Of a stretch of DNA of 32,000 nt, positions 19,086-27,339 are shown one piece after another. Source of the DNA: Psychrobacter sp. DM4 (GTDB lineage: Bacteria > Pseudomonadota > Gammaproteobacteria > Pseudomonadales > Moraxellaceae); NCBI RefSeq assembly GCF_051307035.1, contig NZ_CP195536.1, positions 870,001 through 902,000 on the forward strand, in the 5' to 3' direction. Position numbers and translations under genes: made by a program. Each line of letters opens with the position of its first letter. The first letter of the stretch is position 1. The notes under the pieces were generated by a model. It saw nothing but the letters and a program-made list of their open reading frames with translations, searched no databases and was not told the origin of the DNA.

Positions 19086-19796
19086 TCATACATCAAATCC
19101 AGCAGGTTTACCGTGACTATCAGGCGCATGGACTTGGTCTACGATGAGCAGTTCGCGCTCGCAGAACGGCTCAATAAAGCTGCTGACACTCTTGAGTGGT
19201 TTCATTGCCGAAAACCCTGAATTAATGAAGTCATATAAGGGCTGATAGCCGTGACGATAGGCGGTACCTTTAGCCAGTCCAAATGCTTTTCTGAGCATAA
19301 ATGAGTTCAGATGTTTATCTGTGCCATAGCAAACGTTTTTTAGATTATTGATCTGCAAACGGCGCGCGCTTGACTCATCGACCGTACGATATGCGCTCAT
19401 CATATTGTCTTCATTAACCTCCAAACCATTAGCTATCAGCCACTGAGCCAAATGCATATCAAGCTCAATAGCGAGAATGGTGGCTTGAATTGCCATGCTG
19501 CCTGTCTCTATAGCGGCCTCTTTTGCTAAACGTTCAAGCTTCTTGGCTTTTGGTAAGATACGGGTGATTTGCTCGGCCAGCTTTTTGAACTCTTCACCGT
19601 TATAGAGCTGAGTCAAAAAGTACTCTGTCATAGGTTGGTTCTTTGGTTGCTCAAATAGTGCCTTATGAGAGCGTTTGATGCGCTCGCGTTGCCATGCTTG
19701 CACTTCATATAGTTTGGACTCAAGGGTCTTGTCTTCGTGAATCGGTAGCGCCCAATAACGGTTTAGATGGTTCTGTAATTCTAGCAAAGCGGACAT
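19086..19796 (-). CDS. Conserved hypothetical protein, tandem paralog A (236 aa)
   Basis: Intact 236-aa ORF, colinear without gaps with the ORF at 19909-20619. Shared blocks are RYWALP, HKALFEQP, YFLTQLY, ETGSMAIQA, HLAQWL, PLYDFI and SVSSFIEPFC. No signal peptide or TM segment is evident. The YFLTQLY block resembles the family I remember as FFLEELY motif protein, from memory and unverified. Confidence 0.7.
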   Translation of the reverse strand: MSALLELQNHLNRYWALPIHEDKTLESKLYEVQAWQRERIKRSHKALFEQPKNQPMTEYFLTQLYNGEEFKKLAEQITRILPKAKKLERLAKEAAIETGSMAIQATILAIELDMHLAQWLIANGLEVNEDNMMSAYRTVDESSARRLQINNLKNVCYGTDKHLNSFMLRKAFGLAKGTAYRHGYQPLYDFINSGFSAMKPLKSVSSFIEPFCERELLIVDQVHAPDSHGKPAGFDV

Positions 19797-19908
19797 GGTA
19801 AGACCCTTAGTAAAGTATAGATAATAGGTGATGATATACTAGTAATACGATTATATGACAAACACCTCTATGAAAAGTGGCAAATAATCATAGTATAAAA
19901 AGATGTGC

Positions 19909-20619
19909 CTATGATACACCAGACTCTGCAGACTTGTCGCCTTTAGCCTGCTGTATTTGCTCAATAATCATCAGCTCACGAGTACAAAAAGGCTCGATAA
20001 AACTGCTTACACTATCAAGGGGTCCCATAGCGTCAAAGCCTGCTTCAATAAAATCGTAGAGGGGCTTATAGTTGTTGCTGTAAGCGGTGCTTTTTGCCAG
20101 TTTAAATGCCTTTTGCAAAAAAAATGAGTTAAAGTATTTATCAGTACGGTAGCACACCTCTTTAAGATTGCTGATTTGGTCGCGGCGCTCAGCAGATTTA
20201 TCACTGGCACTATAGGCGACCATAATGTTATCTTCGTTGACTGGCATATCGCGATCAACGAGCCACTGCGCCAAATGCAGGTCCATCTCAATCGCCAAGA
20301 CAGCAGCTTGAATCGCCATACTACCAGTCTCGAGTACTGACTCTTTTATCATGCGCTCAAGTTTTTGTGCTTTGGGTAGGACGCGGGCTAATTGCACAGC
20401 CAATAGTTTGAACTCATCACCGCCATAGAGCTGAGTCAAAAAGTAATTTGCCATCAGTTGATGTTCTGGTTGCTCAAATAGGGCCTTGTGCGTATTTTTG
20501 ATGCGAATACGTTGCCAAATCTGGACTTGGCTAAGCGTTTCATTGAGATTGTCATCATTATGATAGGGCAGCGCCCAGTAGCGCGTCAGGTGTTGTTGTA
20601 ACTCTAAAAAAGCAGTCAT
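19909..20619 (-). CDS. Conserved hypothetical protein, tandem paralog B (236 aa)
   Basis: Same length and architecture as 19086-19796. By hand count, 38 of the first 60 residues are identical. Confidence 0.7.
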   Translation of the reverse strand: MTAFLELQQHLTRYWALPYHNDDNLNETLSQVQIWQRIRIKNTHKALFEQPEHQLMANYFLTQLYGGDEFKLLAVQLARVLPKAQKLERMIKESVLETGSMAIQAAVLAIEMDLHLAQWLVDRDMPVNEDNIMVAYSASDKSAERRDQISNLKEVCYRTDKYFNSFFLQKAFKLAKSTAYSNNYKPLYDFIEAGFDAMGPLDSVSSFIEPFCTRELMIIEQIQQAKGDKSAESGVS

Positions 20620-20852
20620 GACTGTTGATCCTACGTAATTTAATCCATTAAATTTATAACAAATAGCTTGTATAGTGTGTCAAAAAAAATATAGCTTAGG
20701 GTATAGGTGCTATGTACAAAGCATACCACTCACTTACTGTGATAACTTTAAATTAACTATAACAGATACAAACACTAAACCATTATCGTTACTCAAAGGT
20801 AGTAAATGCTCATATACAGAGCAATTAACCAAAACTATTCCTTTGAAAATAA

Positions 20853-22610
20853 ATGATATTTGACCTTGATGAGAATAACATGAGCAAAAAAGATAAAAAT
20901 CAGGACAAAGGTGACGATCAACAAACGGTCACTGACCAGCTGAATCAAGCAGTAGTAGATGAGCGTCTGACGCCCAATCCGCTCAATCACTTTTCTATGG
21001 ATGAAGAGACGCTCAGATTGGCTTTGATAACCGCGCAATATGCACTGCGAGCCACCCGCCAGCAGTCGCCGCCTACGCGCAATAAACCAACTGGCCTATT
21101 GGTACTGGTCAATGGCATGGAGCAAGCGGGCAAGGGTAGCGCGGTCAAACAGCTACGCCAATGGGTCGATCCAAGGCTTCTTAAAGTTGAGGCTACCATC
21201 GGCTATCCGCCACTTGCATATCAGCCTCTATGGCAAGCACATACCAAGGCTATGCCGCGTCATGGTGACGTCATGGTTTATTTTGGTAACTGGTACGCTG
21301 ACTTGTTGCATCAGGCGATGCTGATAGCAGCCGATTATAATCAACAAAACGATACTCAAGATGGTGATAGTAAGACAAAGTCCAAACGTCATCTTCAATC
21401 CCTGCCAGCAGCCGCTTGGCAAGACTACCTTATAAAGCAGCTAGCGGCGCTAAAAGCGTTCGAGAGTGATCTGGCCTCCAATCAAACCAAATTGCTAAAG
21501 TGCTGGTTCCATATCGATGCAGATACGCTACAGAAACGTCTAACGGACAAAGAAGCAGATCCTGATTATTTATATCAAATTGACTGGAGCAACACCAAAG
21601 TATTGGAGCAGTTCAATCAAGTAGCAGGGACACTACTAAAACAGCAAGACGATTGGGTTGTGATCGATGGCAGCGACAAAGACAAGGCGGCTAGCCTTTT
21701 TTGTCATGAAGTACTACAGGCTATGCAAACGGCACTGATTAGTAGTCGCTTGATAGTCGATGATGTTACCGAAGATCAAACTGAAAATCCCATCACTGAT
21801 AGTAATGAGCATCAGTCGCTAGGTTCTAAAACTTCATTAGATGAGCAAGCTATCTTTGAGCCTGTCAAGATACCTAAGGTGTTGACTGATATTGATGATC
21901 CTGATATCGACAAGAGCGATTATCGCAAGCAGTTAGCAGACAAACAACAGCAACTGGCTAAGTTGCTACGCGCGCGCGGTGGTCGGCATGTCGTTTTTGC
22001 CTTTGAGGGAATGGACGCCGCTGGCAAGGGCGGGGCGATCAAGCGCTTAGTCGCCCCTTTAGATCCGCGAGAGTATCAAGTCTATAATATTAGCGCCCCT
22101 ATGCTCTACGAGCTTGAGCACCCTTATTTATGGCGTTTTTGGACGCGTCTGCCGAACGAGCAAACTGATCGTATCAGCCGCGTTGCTATCTTTGATCGCA
22201 CTTGGTACGGGCGCGTCTTGGTTGAGCGTATCGAGCAGTTTGCTACGGATATCGAATGGCAACGTGCTTATGAGGAGATCAATCGTTTTGAGGCTGACCT
22301 ACATGCGTCTGGCACTTTAGTTATCAAATACTGGTTGGCTATTGACAAAAAAGAGCAGCTCAAACGGTTCGAGGCGCGTCAGGAGACGCCGCACAAAAAG
22401 TTCAAGCTGACTGATGATGATTGGCGCAATCGGGATAAATGGGCAGATTATGTGCAGGCAGCAGCGGACATGCTGGCACGCACAAATACTAAGACAGCGC
22501 CATGGCATGTAATAGCGACAAACGACAAACGCGATGCCCGACTAAAAGTTTTGGATCATGCGATTGAACAGTTGTCAGTGTATGATGATAAAGGGGTTAT
22601 ATCCAAATAA
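20853..22610 (+). CDS. ppk2: Two-domain polyphosphate kinase 2 family protein (polyphosphate:AMP/NMP phosphotransferase-like)
   Basis: Two PPK2 modules. The N-terminal P-loop is LVLVNGMEQAGKGSAVKQL. The C-terminal module has VVFAFEGMDAAGKGGAIKRL, FDRTWYGRVLVER and KFKLTDDDWRNRDKW. This architecture matches class II PPK2/PAP of Acinetobacter and Pseudomonas. The start is uncertain: ATG at 20853 or 20880, neither with a clear SD. Confidence 0.85.
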   Translation: MIFDLDENNMSKKDKNQDKGDDQQTVTDQLNQAVVDERLTPNPLNHFSMDEETLRLALITAQYALRATRQQSPPTRNKPTGLLVLVNGMEQAGKGSAVKQLRQWVDPRLLKVEATIGYPPLAYQPLWQAHTKAMPRHGDVMVYFGNWYADLLHQAMLIAADYNQQNDTQDGDSKTKSKRHLQSLPAAAWQDYLIKQLAALKAFESDLASNQTKLLKCWFHIDADTLQKRLTDKEADPDYLYQIDWSNTKVLEQFNQVAGTLLKQQDDWVVIDGSDKDKAASLFCHEVLQAMQTALISSRLIVDDVTEDQTENPITDSNEHQSLGSKTSLDEQAIFEPVKIPKVLTDIDDPDIDKSDYRKQLADKQQQLAKLLRARGGRHVVFAFEGMDAAGKGGAIKRLVAPLDPREYQVYNISAPMLYELEHPYLWRFWTRLPNEQTDRISRVAIFDRTWYGRVLVERIEQFATDIEWQRAYEEINRFEADLHASGTLVIKYWLAIDKKEQLKRFEARQETPHKKFKLTDDDWRNRDKWADYVQAAADMLARTNTKTAPWHVIATNDKRDARLKVLDHAIEQLSVYDDKGVISK

Positions 22611-22626
22611 TTTGGCACGATCCTTG

Positions 22627-22660
22627 CTCCACGAGCCGTACTACTCCACGAGCCTTACTA
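22627..22660. repeat. 17-bp tandem duplication CTCCACGAGCC(G/T)TACTA x2
   Basis: Copies at 22627-22643 and 22644-22660 differ at one base. The repeat lies 17 bp after the ppk2 stop. Confidence 0.88.
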
Positions 22661-23050
22661 TTAGTATCTTTGAAAAATTAAGTGTCTTTGATAATTAAGA
22701 AGTTTGGTTAAATGAGAACCCTGTACTGGTAATACATTTATAGTTACAAATTTCGCGATATCGTTCTGCATTATGCGCTCATATTTAATATAATGAGCGC
22801 GTAATAGATTTGATGCCAAGACATAGCTCCAAAAAATGGCATCATCGTTTTAACGGTACTGATTCTACTGACCCTGTTTATGTTGTAAGCCGCAATATGC
22901 TCCAATCAAATGATTTGGCGACACAGTTGCGGCTTTATGATATTTGATAGCTTTTATGATAGACACTTTTCAAAGGGTGGTTTTGAGTGAGTACAGCGCT
23001 ATAGGCTTTTAGTAAGAGGGTCTATAAGAGCTCTAGAGTAGGTACAACAT

Positions 23051-23078
23051 AGTTTTTGAACCAAAGTTTTTGAACCAA
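23051..23078. repeat. Perfect 14-bp tandem duplication AGTTTTTGAACCAA x2
   Basis: Copies at 23051-23064 and 23065-23078 are identical, followed by a partial AACCAAC. Confidence 0.9.
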
Positions 23079-23193
23079 AACCAACTTGCGTACTAGTTAT
23101 CAAAACTTGTCATATAGGGCAAGATAGTCATTCCTAGCGCATTGTCATAGCTCGCAACTCTCCTCAATCCGCTTATGCAGGGCGTATAAATTT

Positions 23194-24801
23194 ATGGGTA
23201 TTAGTAGCCGCTCGACTGGGTCAACCAAATCTGTTGGCTCTATGAGAATCAATTTATTTTTTGCTATTTTACTGATTGCGATGACCAGCTATTTTTTATG
23301 GTGGGGACTCGATTACACCATGCGTCAGCAGACAACGTTGTTTATCGTTGCGACGGCTTTTGGTGTCTTTATGGCATTCAATATCGGTGGCAACGACGTT
23401 GCCAACTCCTTTGGTACTTCGGTAGGCGCGGGGACATTGACGATTCCGCAAGCACTTGGCGTTGCGGCGATATTTGAGGTGTCAGGTGCCGTGCTAGCTG
23501 GCGGTGAAGTTACGGATACTATTCGTAAAGGCATCGTTGACTTGGATGGTTTGAGTGTCACGCCCAACCAGTTCATCTATGTCATGCTCTCAGCCCTCAT
23601 TGCTGCTGCGTTCTGGTTATTGTTTGCCACTCGTAAAGGACTGCCTGTCTCAACCACGCACTCCATTATCGGCGGCGTCGTTGGTAGTTCTATCGTCCTT
23701 GGTATCACCTTGGGTGGTACGGATATGGCGCTATCGACTGTAGATTGGGGTACAATAGGCACGATCGCTATCTCTTGGGTACTATCACCACTCTTAGGCG
23801 GCATTTTAGCCTATCTGCTCTATGGTCAAATCAAGAAAAACATTATCGAATATAATGACAAAACAGAAGCTCATATTGGTGAGCTTAAAGCAGATAAAAA
23901 AGTTCTTAAACAAAACCACAAAGAGTACTTGGATGGTCTATCAGAGTCAGAGCAGCTAGCTTATACTTCAGCGATGCTGCGCGATCAAGATATCTATAAA
24001 GACGATGATACCGCCGTTGAAGATCTAGAGACGGACTACTATAAAAGTCTATATGAGATTGAATATGAACGCAGTAGCCTTGATACCCTAAAAGCTATCA
24101 AACAGTGGGTGCCTATCATCGCAGCTATGGGCGGCGCGGTTATGACCTCTTTGGTAGTGTTCAAAGGACTCAAGAACGTCAATAGCAGTCTGACGACCCT
24201 ACAAGGGTTCTTGATCATGGGGATGATAGCGGCGCTAGTATGGCTTGCGACCTTTATCTATACCAAGAGTATTCGCGGCAAGCACAAAGAAGATCTGACC
24301 AAAGCGACCTTTATCATGTTTAGCTGGATGCAGGTCTTTACCGCTTCAGCCTTTGCCTTTAGTCATGGCTCAAACGATATCGCTAATGCGGTCGGTCCAT
24401 TTGCGGCGATCATGGATGTGATTCGTACCAATGAGATCGCCTCTCAAGCTGCCGTACCACCAGCGGTGATGCTGACCTTTGGTGTGGCGCTTATCGTCGG
24501 TCTTTGGTTCATTGGTAAAGAGGTGATTCAGACGGTTGGCACCAATCTTGCCAAGATGCATCCGGCTTCTGGATTCTCAGCTGAGCTGGCCGCCGCCGCA
24601 GTCGTCATGGGCGCATCGACAATGGGTTTGCCTGTGTCTAGTACGCATACTTTGGTCGGCGCGGTATTGGGTATCGGTATCGTCAATAGAGATACTAACT
24701 GGGCACTGATGAAGCCTATCGGTTTGGCTTGGATCATTACTTTGCCGGTTGCTGCAGGCCTGTCAGCGATTAGCTTTGTGATTTTAAGTTATATCTTTTA
24801 A
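23194..24801 (+). CDS. pit: Inorganic phosphate transporter, PiT family
   Basis: Duplicated PiT signature GGNDVANSFGTSVG (N-terminal half) and GSNDIANAVGPF (C-terminal half). Multiple TM helices flank a large hydrophilic central loop. An alternative start is at 23242 (MRINLFF...); neither start has a clear SD. Confidence 0.88.
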   Translation: MGISSRSTGSTKSVGSMRINLFFAILLIAMTSYFLWWGLDYTMRQQTTLFIVATAFGVFMAFNIGGNDVANSFGTSVGAGTLTIPQALGVAAIFEVSGAVLAGGEVTDTIRKGIVDLDGLSVTPNQFIYVMLSALIAAAFWLLFATRKGLPVSTTHSIIGGVVGSSIVLGITLGGTDMALSTVDWGTIGTIAISWVLSPLLGGILAYLLYGQIKKNIIEYNDKTEAHIGELKADKKVLKQNHKEYLDGLSESEQLAYTSAMLRDQDIYKDDDTAVEDLETDYYKSLYEIEYERSSLDTLKAIKQWVPIIAAMGGAVMTSLVVFKGLKNVNSSLTTLQGFLIMGMIAALVWLATFIYTKSIRGKHKEDLTKATFIMFSWMQVFTASAFAFSHGSNDIANAVGPFAAIMDVIRTNEIASQAAVPPAVMLTFGVALIVGLWFIGKEVIQTVGTNLAKMHPASGFSAELAAAAVVMGASTMGLPVSSTHTLVGAVLGIGIVNRDTNWALMKPIGLAWIITLPVAAGLSAISFVILSYIF

Positions 24802-24827
24802 GTCGCATAGCAAGTTATACATCAATC

Positions 24828-24866
24828 AAAAAACGCTTATTAGCCCTGTGCTAATAAGCGTTTTTT
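24828..24866. terminator. Bidirectional rho-independent terminator (pit / aminotransferase)
   Basis: AAAAAACGCTTATTAG-CCCTGTG-CTAATAAGCGTTTTTT between convergent genes. Confidence 0.82.
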
Positions 24867-24885
24867 CTATCCTTTTACACCTAAA

Positions 24886-26484
24886 TCATGCGGTACCAAA
24901 CTGCTCACGCTTTTTGGCAAAGAAGCGATCCAAGCGATCCATCGCGTCTTCTAACTCGTATAGATTGGGTAAGAATACGACGCGAAAATGATCAGGCGCA
25001 TCCCAATTAAATCCTGACCCTTGTACCATGAGTACCTTTTCATTGATAAGCAAATCCATCATAAATTGCATATCATCTTCGATAGGGTACACCTCAGGAT
25101 CCATTTTTGGAAAACAATAAAAAGCCCCCTGCGGCATCGTGCATGAGATACCAGGAATAGCGTTTAGGCGTGATACTGCCATTTCACGCTGCTTGTACAA
25201 GCGTCCTGTCGGGGCGGTTAATGCCTGCATACTCTGGTAGCCGCCCATCGCGGTTTGAATCGCATATTGCCCTTGAACATTGGAGCACAGACGCATAGAC
25301 GCAAGCATATCTAAGCCTTCGATGAAGTCAGTGGCATGTTGTTTTTTGCCGGATACCATAAGCCAGCCTGCGCGAAACCCTGCGATACGATGTGACTTTG
25401 ATAGACCGTTGTATGATAGCACTAGTGCTTGATCGGTAAGCGTGCTCATAGGCGTATGCGTCATGTCATCATAAAGGACGCGATCGTAGATCTCATCAGC
25501 CATAATGACTAGATTGTACTCTATTGCCACTGCTATGATCTGCTTGAGAATCTCATCAGAGTATAGCGCCCCTGTTGGGTTATTAGGATTAATGACGACG
25601 ATACCTTTAGTCTTACTCGTAATTTTTGATTTGATATCTTCAATGTCAGGGTGCCAGTTGTCGCCCTCATCACAGCGATAATGTACCGCCGTACCACCTG
25701 ATAAATTGGTTGCCGCTGTCCATAGTGGATAGTCAGGCATCGGAATCAATACCTCGTCACCATCGTTCATCAGCGCCTGCATGGTCATTACGATCAGCTC
25801 GGAGACACCATTGCCCAAATAGACGTCGCGCACATCGACCGCTGATAGTAGCCCCTTTGACTGATAATATTGCAACACAGCCTTTCGGGCTGAGAATATA
25901 CCTTGCGAGTCTGAGTAACCAGTTGCTTCAGGCAGGTTCATCGCTACGTCACGCAAAATCTCGTGTGGCGCTTGTAGACCGAAGGGTGCAGGATTGCCGA
26001 CGTTTAGCTTCAATATGCGTGTGCCTTCGCTCTCCATCTTATTCGCCATTTGCAGGAGAGGACCGCGAATGTCATAACAGACGTTCTGGAGCTTATTAGA
26101 TTTTTTTAGCGTAGTCATAGGCGTAGCGCTCGTCGTTTGAGATGATAATGTTGCGTGATTAAGGGTTTTTGACAGGCTGGCGTTGCTTGTTGTTTTGGAC
26201 TCTAGCGGGAGTAATGTCGACGCGATGGACTGATCTTCACGATTTACCTTACTGACACGGTTGTCACCGCGCAGCAAATACCCTTCGCTACATCCCAAAA
26301 TGCGCGCAAGCGTCGGTAGTTTGGAGGATACAATACCGTTAGTGCCGCGCTCCCAATTGGAGATAGCGCCGCGGCTGACTTTAGCGCCAGCATCCGTCAT
26401 AGCCTGCGCTAGTTGTTCAGCAGTTAACCCTTTATCATGGCGCAGCTGTACCAGTCGTTCTGCTTGTGATTGATTATTAGTCAT
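24886..26484 (-). CDS. XRE-type HTH domain fused to an AlaA-like class I PLP-dependent aminotransferase
   Basis: Residues ~10-72 look like an HTH_3/XRE domain (LRHDKGLTAEQLAQAM...VSRGAISNWERG...LARILGCSEGYLL). Residues ~73-122 form an S/T-rich linker. Residues 123-532 (MTTLKKSNKLQNVCYDIRGP...LKLNVGNPAPFG...NGVSELI...NPNNPTGALY...GLSKSHRIAGFRAGW) are colinear with E. coli AlaA from its own N-terminus. The single uninterrupted frame was verified on the track. Confidence 0.85.
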   Translation of the reverse strand: MTNNQSQAERLVQLRHDKGLTAEQLAQAMTDAGAKVSRGAISNWERGTNGIVSSKLPTLARILGCSEGYLLRGDNRVSKVNREDQSIASTLLPLESKTTSNASLSKTLNHATLSSQTTSATPMTTLKKSNKLQNVCYDIRGPLLQMANKMESEGTRILKLNVGNPAPFGLQAPHEILRDVAMNLPEATGYSDSQGIFSARKAVLQYYQSKGLLSAVDVRDVYLGNGVSELIVMTMQALMNDGDEVLIPMPDYPLWTAATNLSGGTAVHYRCDEGDNWHPDIEDIKSKITSKTKGIVVINPNNPTGALYSDEILKQIIAVAIEYNLVIMADEIYDRVLYDDMTHTPMSTLTDQALVLSYNGLSKSHRIAGFRAGWLMVSGKKQHATDFIEGLDMLASMRLCSNVQGQYAIQTAMGGYQSMQALTAPTGRLYKQREMAVSRLNAIPGISCTMPQGAFYCFPKMDPEVYPIEDDMQFMMDLLINEKVLMVQGSGFNWDAPDHFRVVFLPNLYELEDAMDRLDRFFAKKREQFGTA

Positions 26485-26542
26485 CGTAGAGTCGTCTTAA
26501 TTTGATCTTGAGAATAGATTATGTTCGATATCGAGTATAGTA

Positions 26543-26563
26543 ATGCAAGATATTATTGCAAAT
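26543..26563. promoter_or_regulatory. Operator-like palindrome 1: ATGCAAGATATTATTGCAAAT
   Basis: Half-sites TGCAAG-N5-ATTGCA, with one mismatch from perfect dyad symmetry. It lies 59-79 bp upstream of the HTH-aminotransferase start codon, in the divergent spacer shared with msrB. Confidence 0.5.
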
Positions 26564-26594
26564 TTAAGTTTCGCACAAGTTTAAATTCTAATGT

Positions 26595-26615
26595 ATGCAA
26601 GTTATTCTTGCAAAT
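26595..26615. promoter_or_regulatory. Operator-like palindrome 2: ATGCAAGTTATTCTTGCAAAT
   Basis: Perfect dyad TGCAAG-N5-CTTGCA. Identical to palindrome 1 at 19 of 21 positions, with a centre-to-centre distance of 52 bp. Confidence 0.5.
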
Positions 26616-26788
26616 GATAATTATAAGGATATAACTATTTGAAAATAATACAAAAATAATCGCGTGTGTTTTTGGTAAAAATAGTTTTATGTCCCTTGTA
26701 TCTCTACAGAGAATTACCATATCTTAGTAATCGAAACGTCTATCGATGACGCACAGGTGCAAAGATCATTATAATTAAGGAATAAATA

Positions 26789-27211
26789 ATGCAAGATAAT
26801 CAATTAAACAAAGAAGAGATTAGCCAGCTTACCGAAGCGGACTGGAAAGAGCGTTTGAGTAGTGATGAATATCATGTCATGCGTGAAAAGGGTACAGAGC
26901 GTCCTTTTACGGGCGTCTATAATGATGTCAATGACAAAGGCATTTATCGCTGCAAAGGCTGCGGTGCCAAACTATTTGACTCCGATAGCAAATTTGACGC
27001 AGGCTGCGGCTGGCCAAGTTTCGATCAAGGGATCGACAAGACAGCTATCGATGAGCACGTCGATGATTCGCTCGGTATGCGCCGTACCGAGGTTACCTGT
27101 AGCAACTGCGGCGCACACTTAGGCCATGTTTTCCCCGATGGTCCTCGTGAGACTACTGGCATGCGCTATTGCATCAACTCTGTGTCTATAGATCTGGATC
27201 AAGCGAAATAG
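26789..27211 (+). CDS. msrB: Peptide-methionine (R)-S-oxide reductase
   Basis: 140 aa. Zinc-binding CxxC pairs ([21 protein letters not shown]), GCGWPSF, and catalytic RYCINS. AAGGA SD lies upstream. Confidence 0.93.
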   Translation: MQDNQLNKEEISQLTEADWKERLSSDEYHVMREKGTERPFTGVYNDVNDKGIYRCKGCGAKLFDSDSKFDAGCGWPSFDQGIDKTAIDEHVDDSLGMRRTEVTCSNCGAHLGHVFPDGPRETTGMRYCINSVSIDLDQAK

Positions 27212-27255
27212 TGACCTAGCTGAACACTAAAGACAAATATCGAAGTAGCATATTT

Positions 27256-27292
27256 AAATAGCGAAGTGATCGTCATTACTTCGCTATTTTTT
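27256..27292 (+). terminator. Rho-independent terminator after msrB
   Basis: ATAGCGAAGT-GATCGTCATT-ACTTCGCTAT followed by TTTTTT. Confidence 0.78.
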
Positions 27293-27339
27293 GCTATATT
27301 AACAAGTGTTTTATTCTCTTAAACTCTCAAGGATCTATT

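Noticed and set aside
22813-22950. 45-codon ORF (MPRHSSKKWHHRFNGTDSTDPVYVVSRNMLQSNDLATQLRLYDI) in the ppk2-pit spacer
   Set aside because: It has no SD and no family resemblance I can name, and it overlaps the 9-bp stem structure. It could only be supported by ribosome profiling or conservation of the frame.
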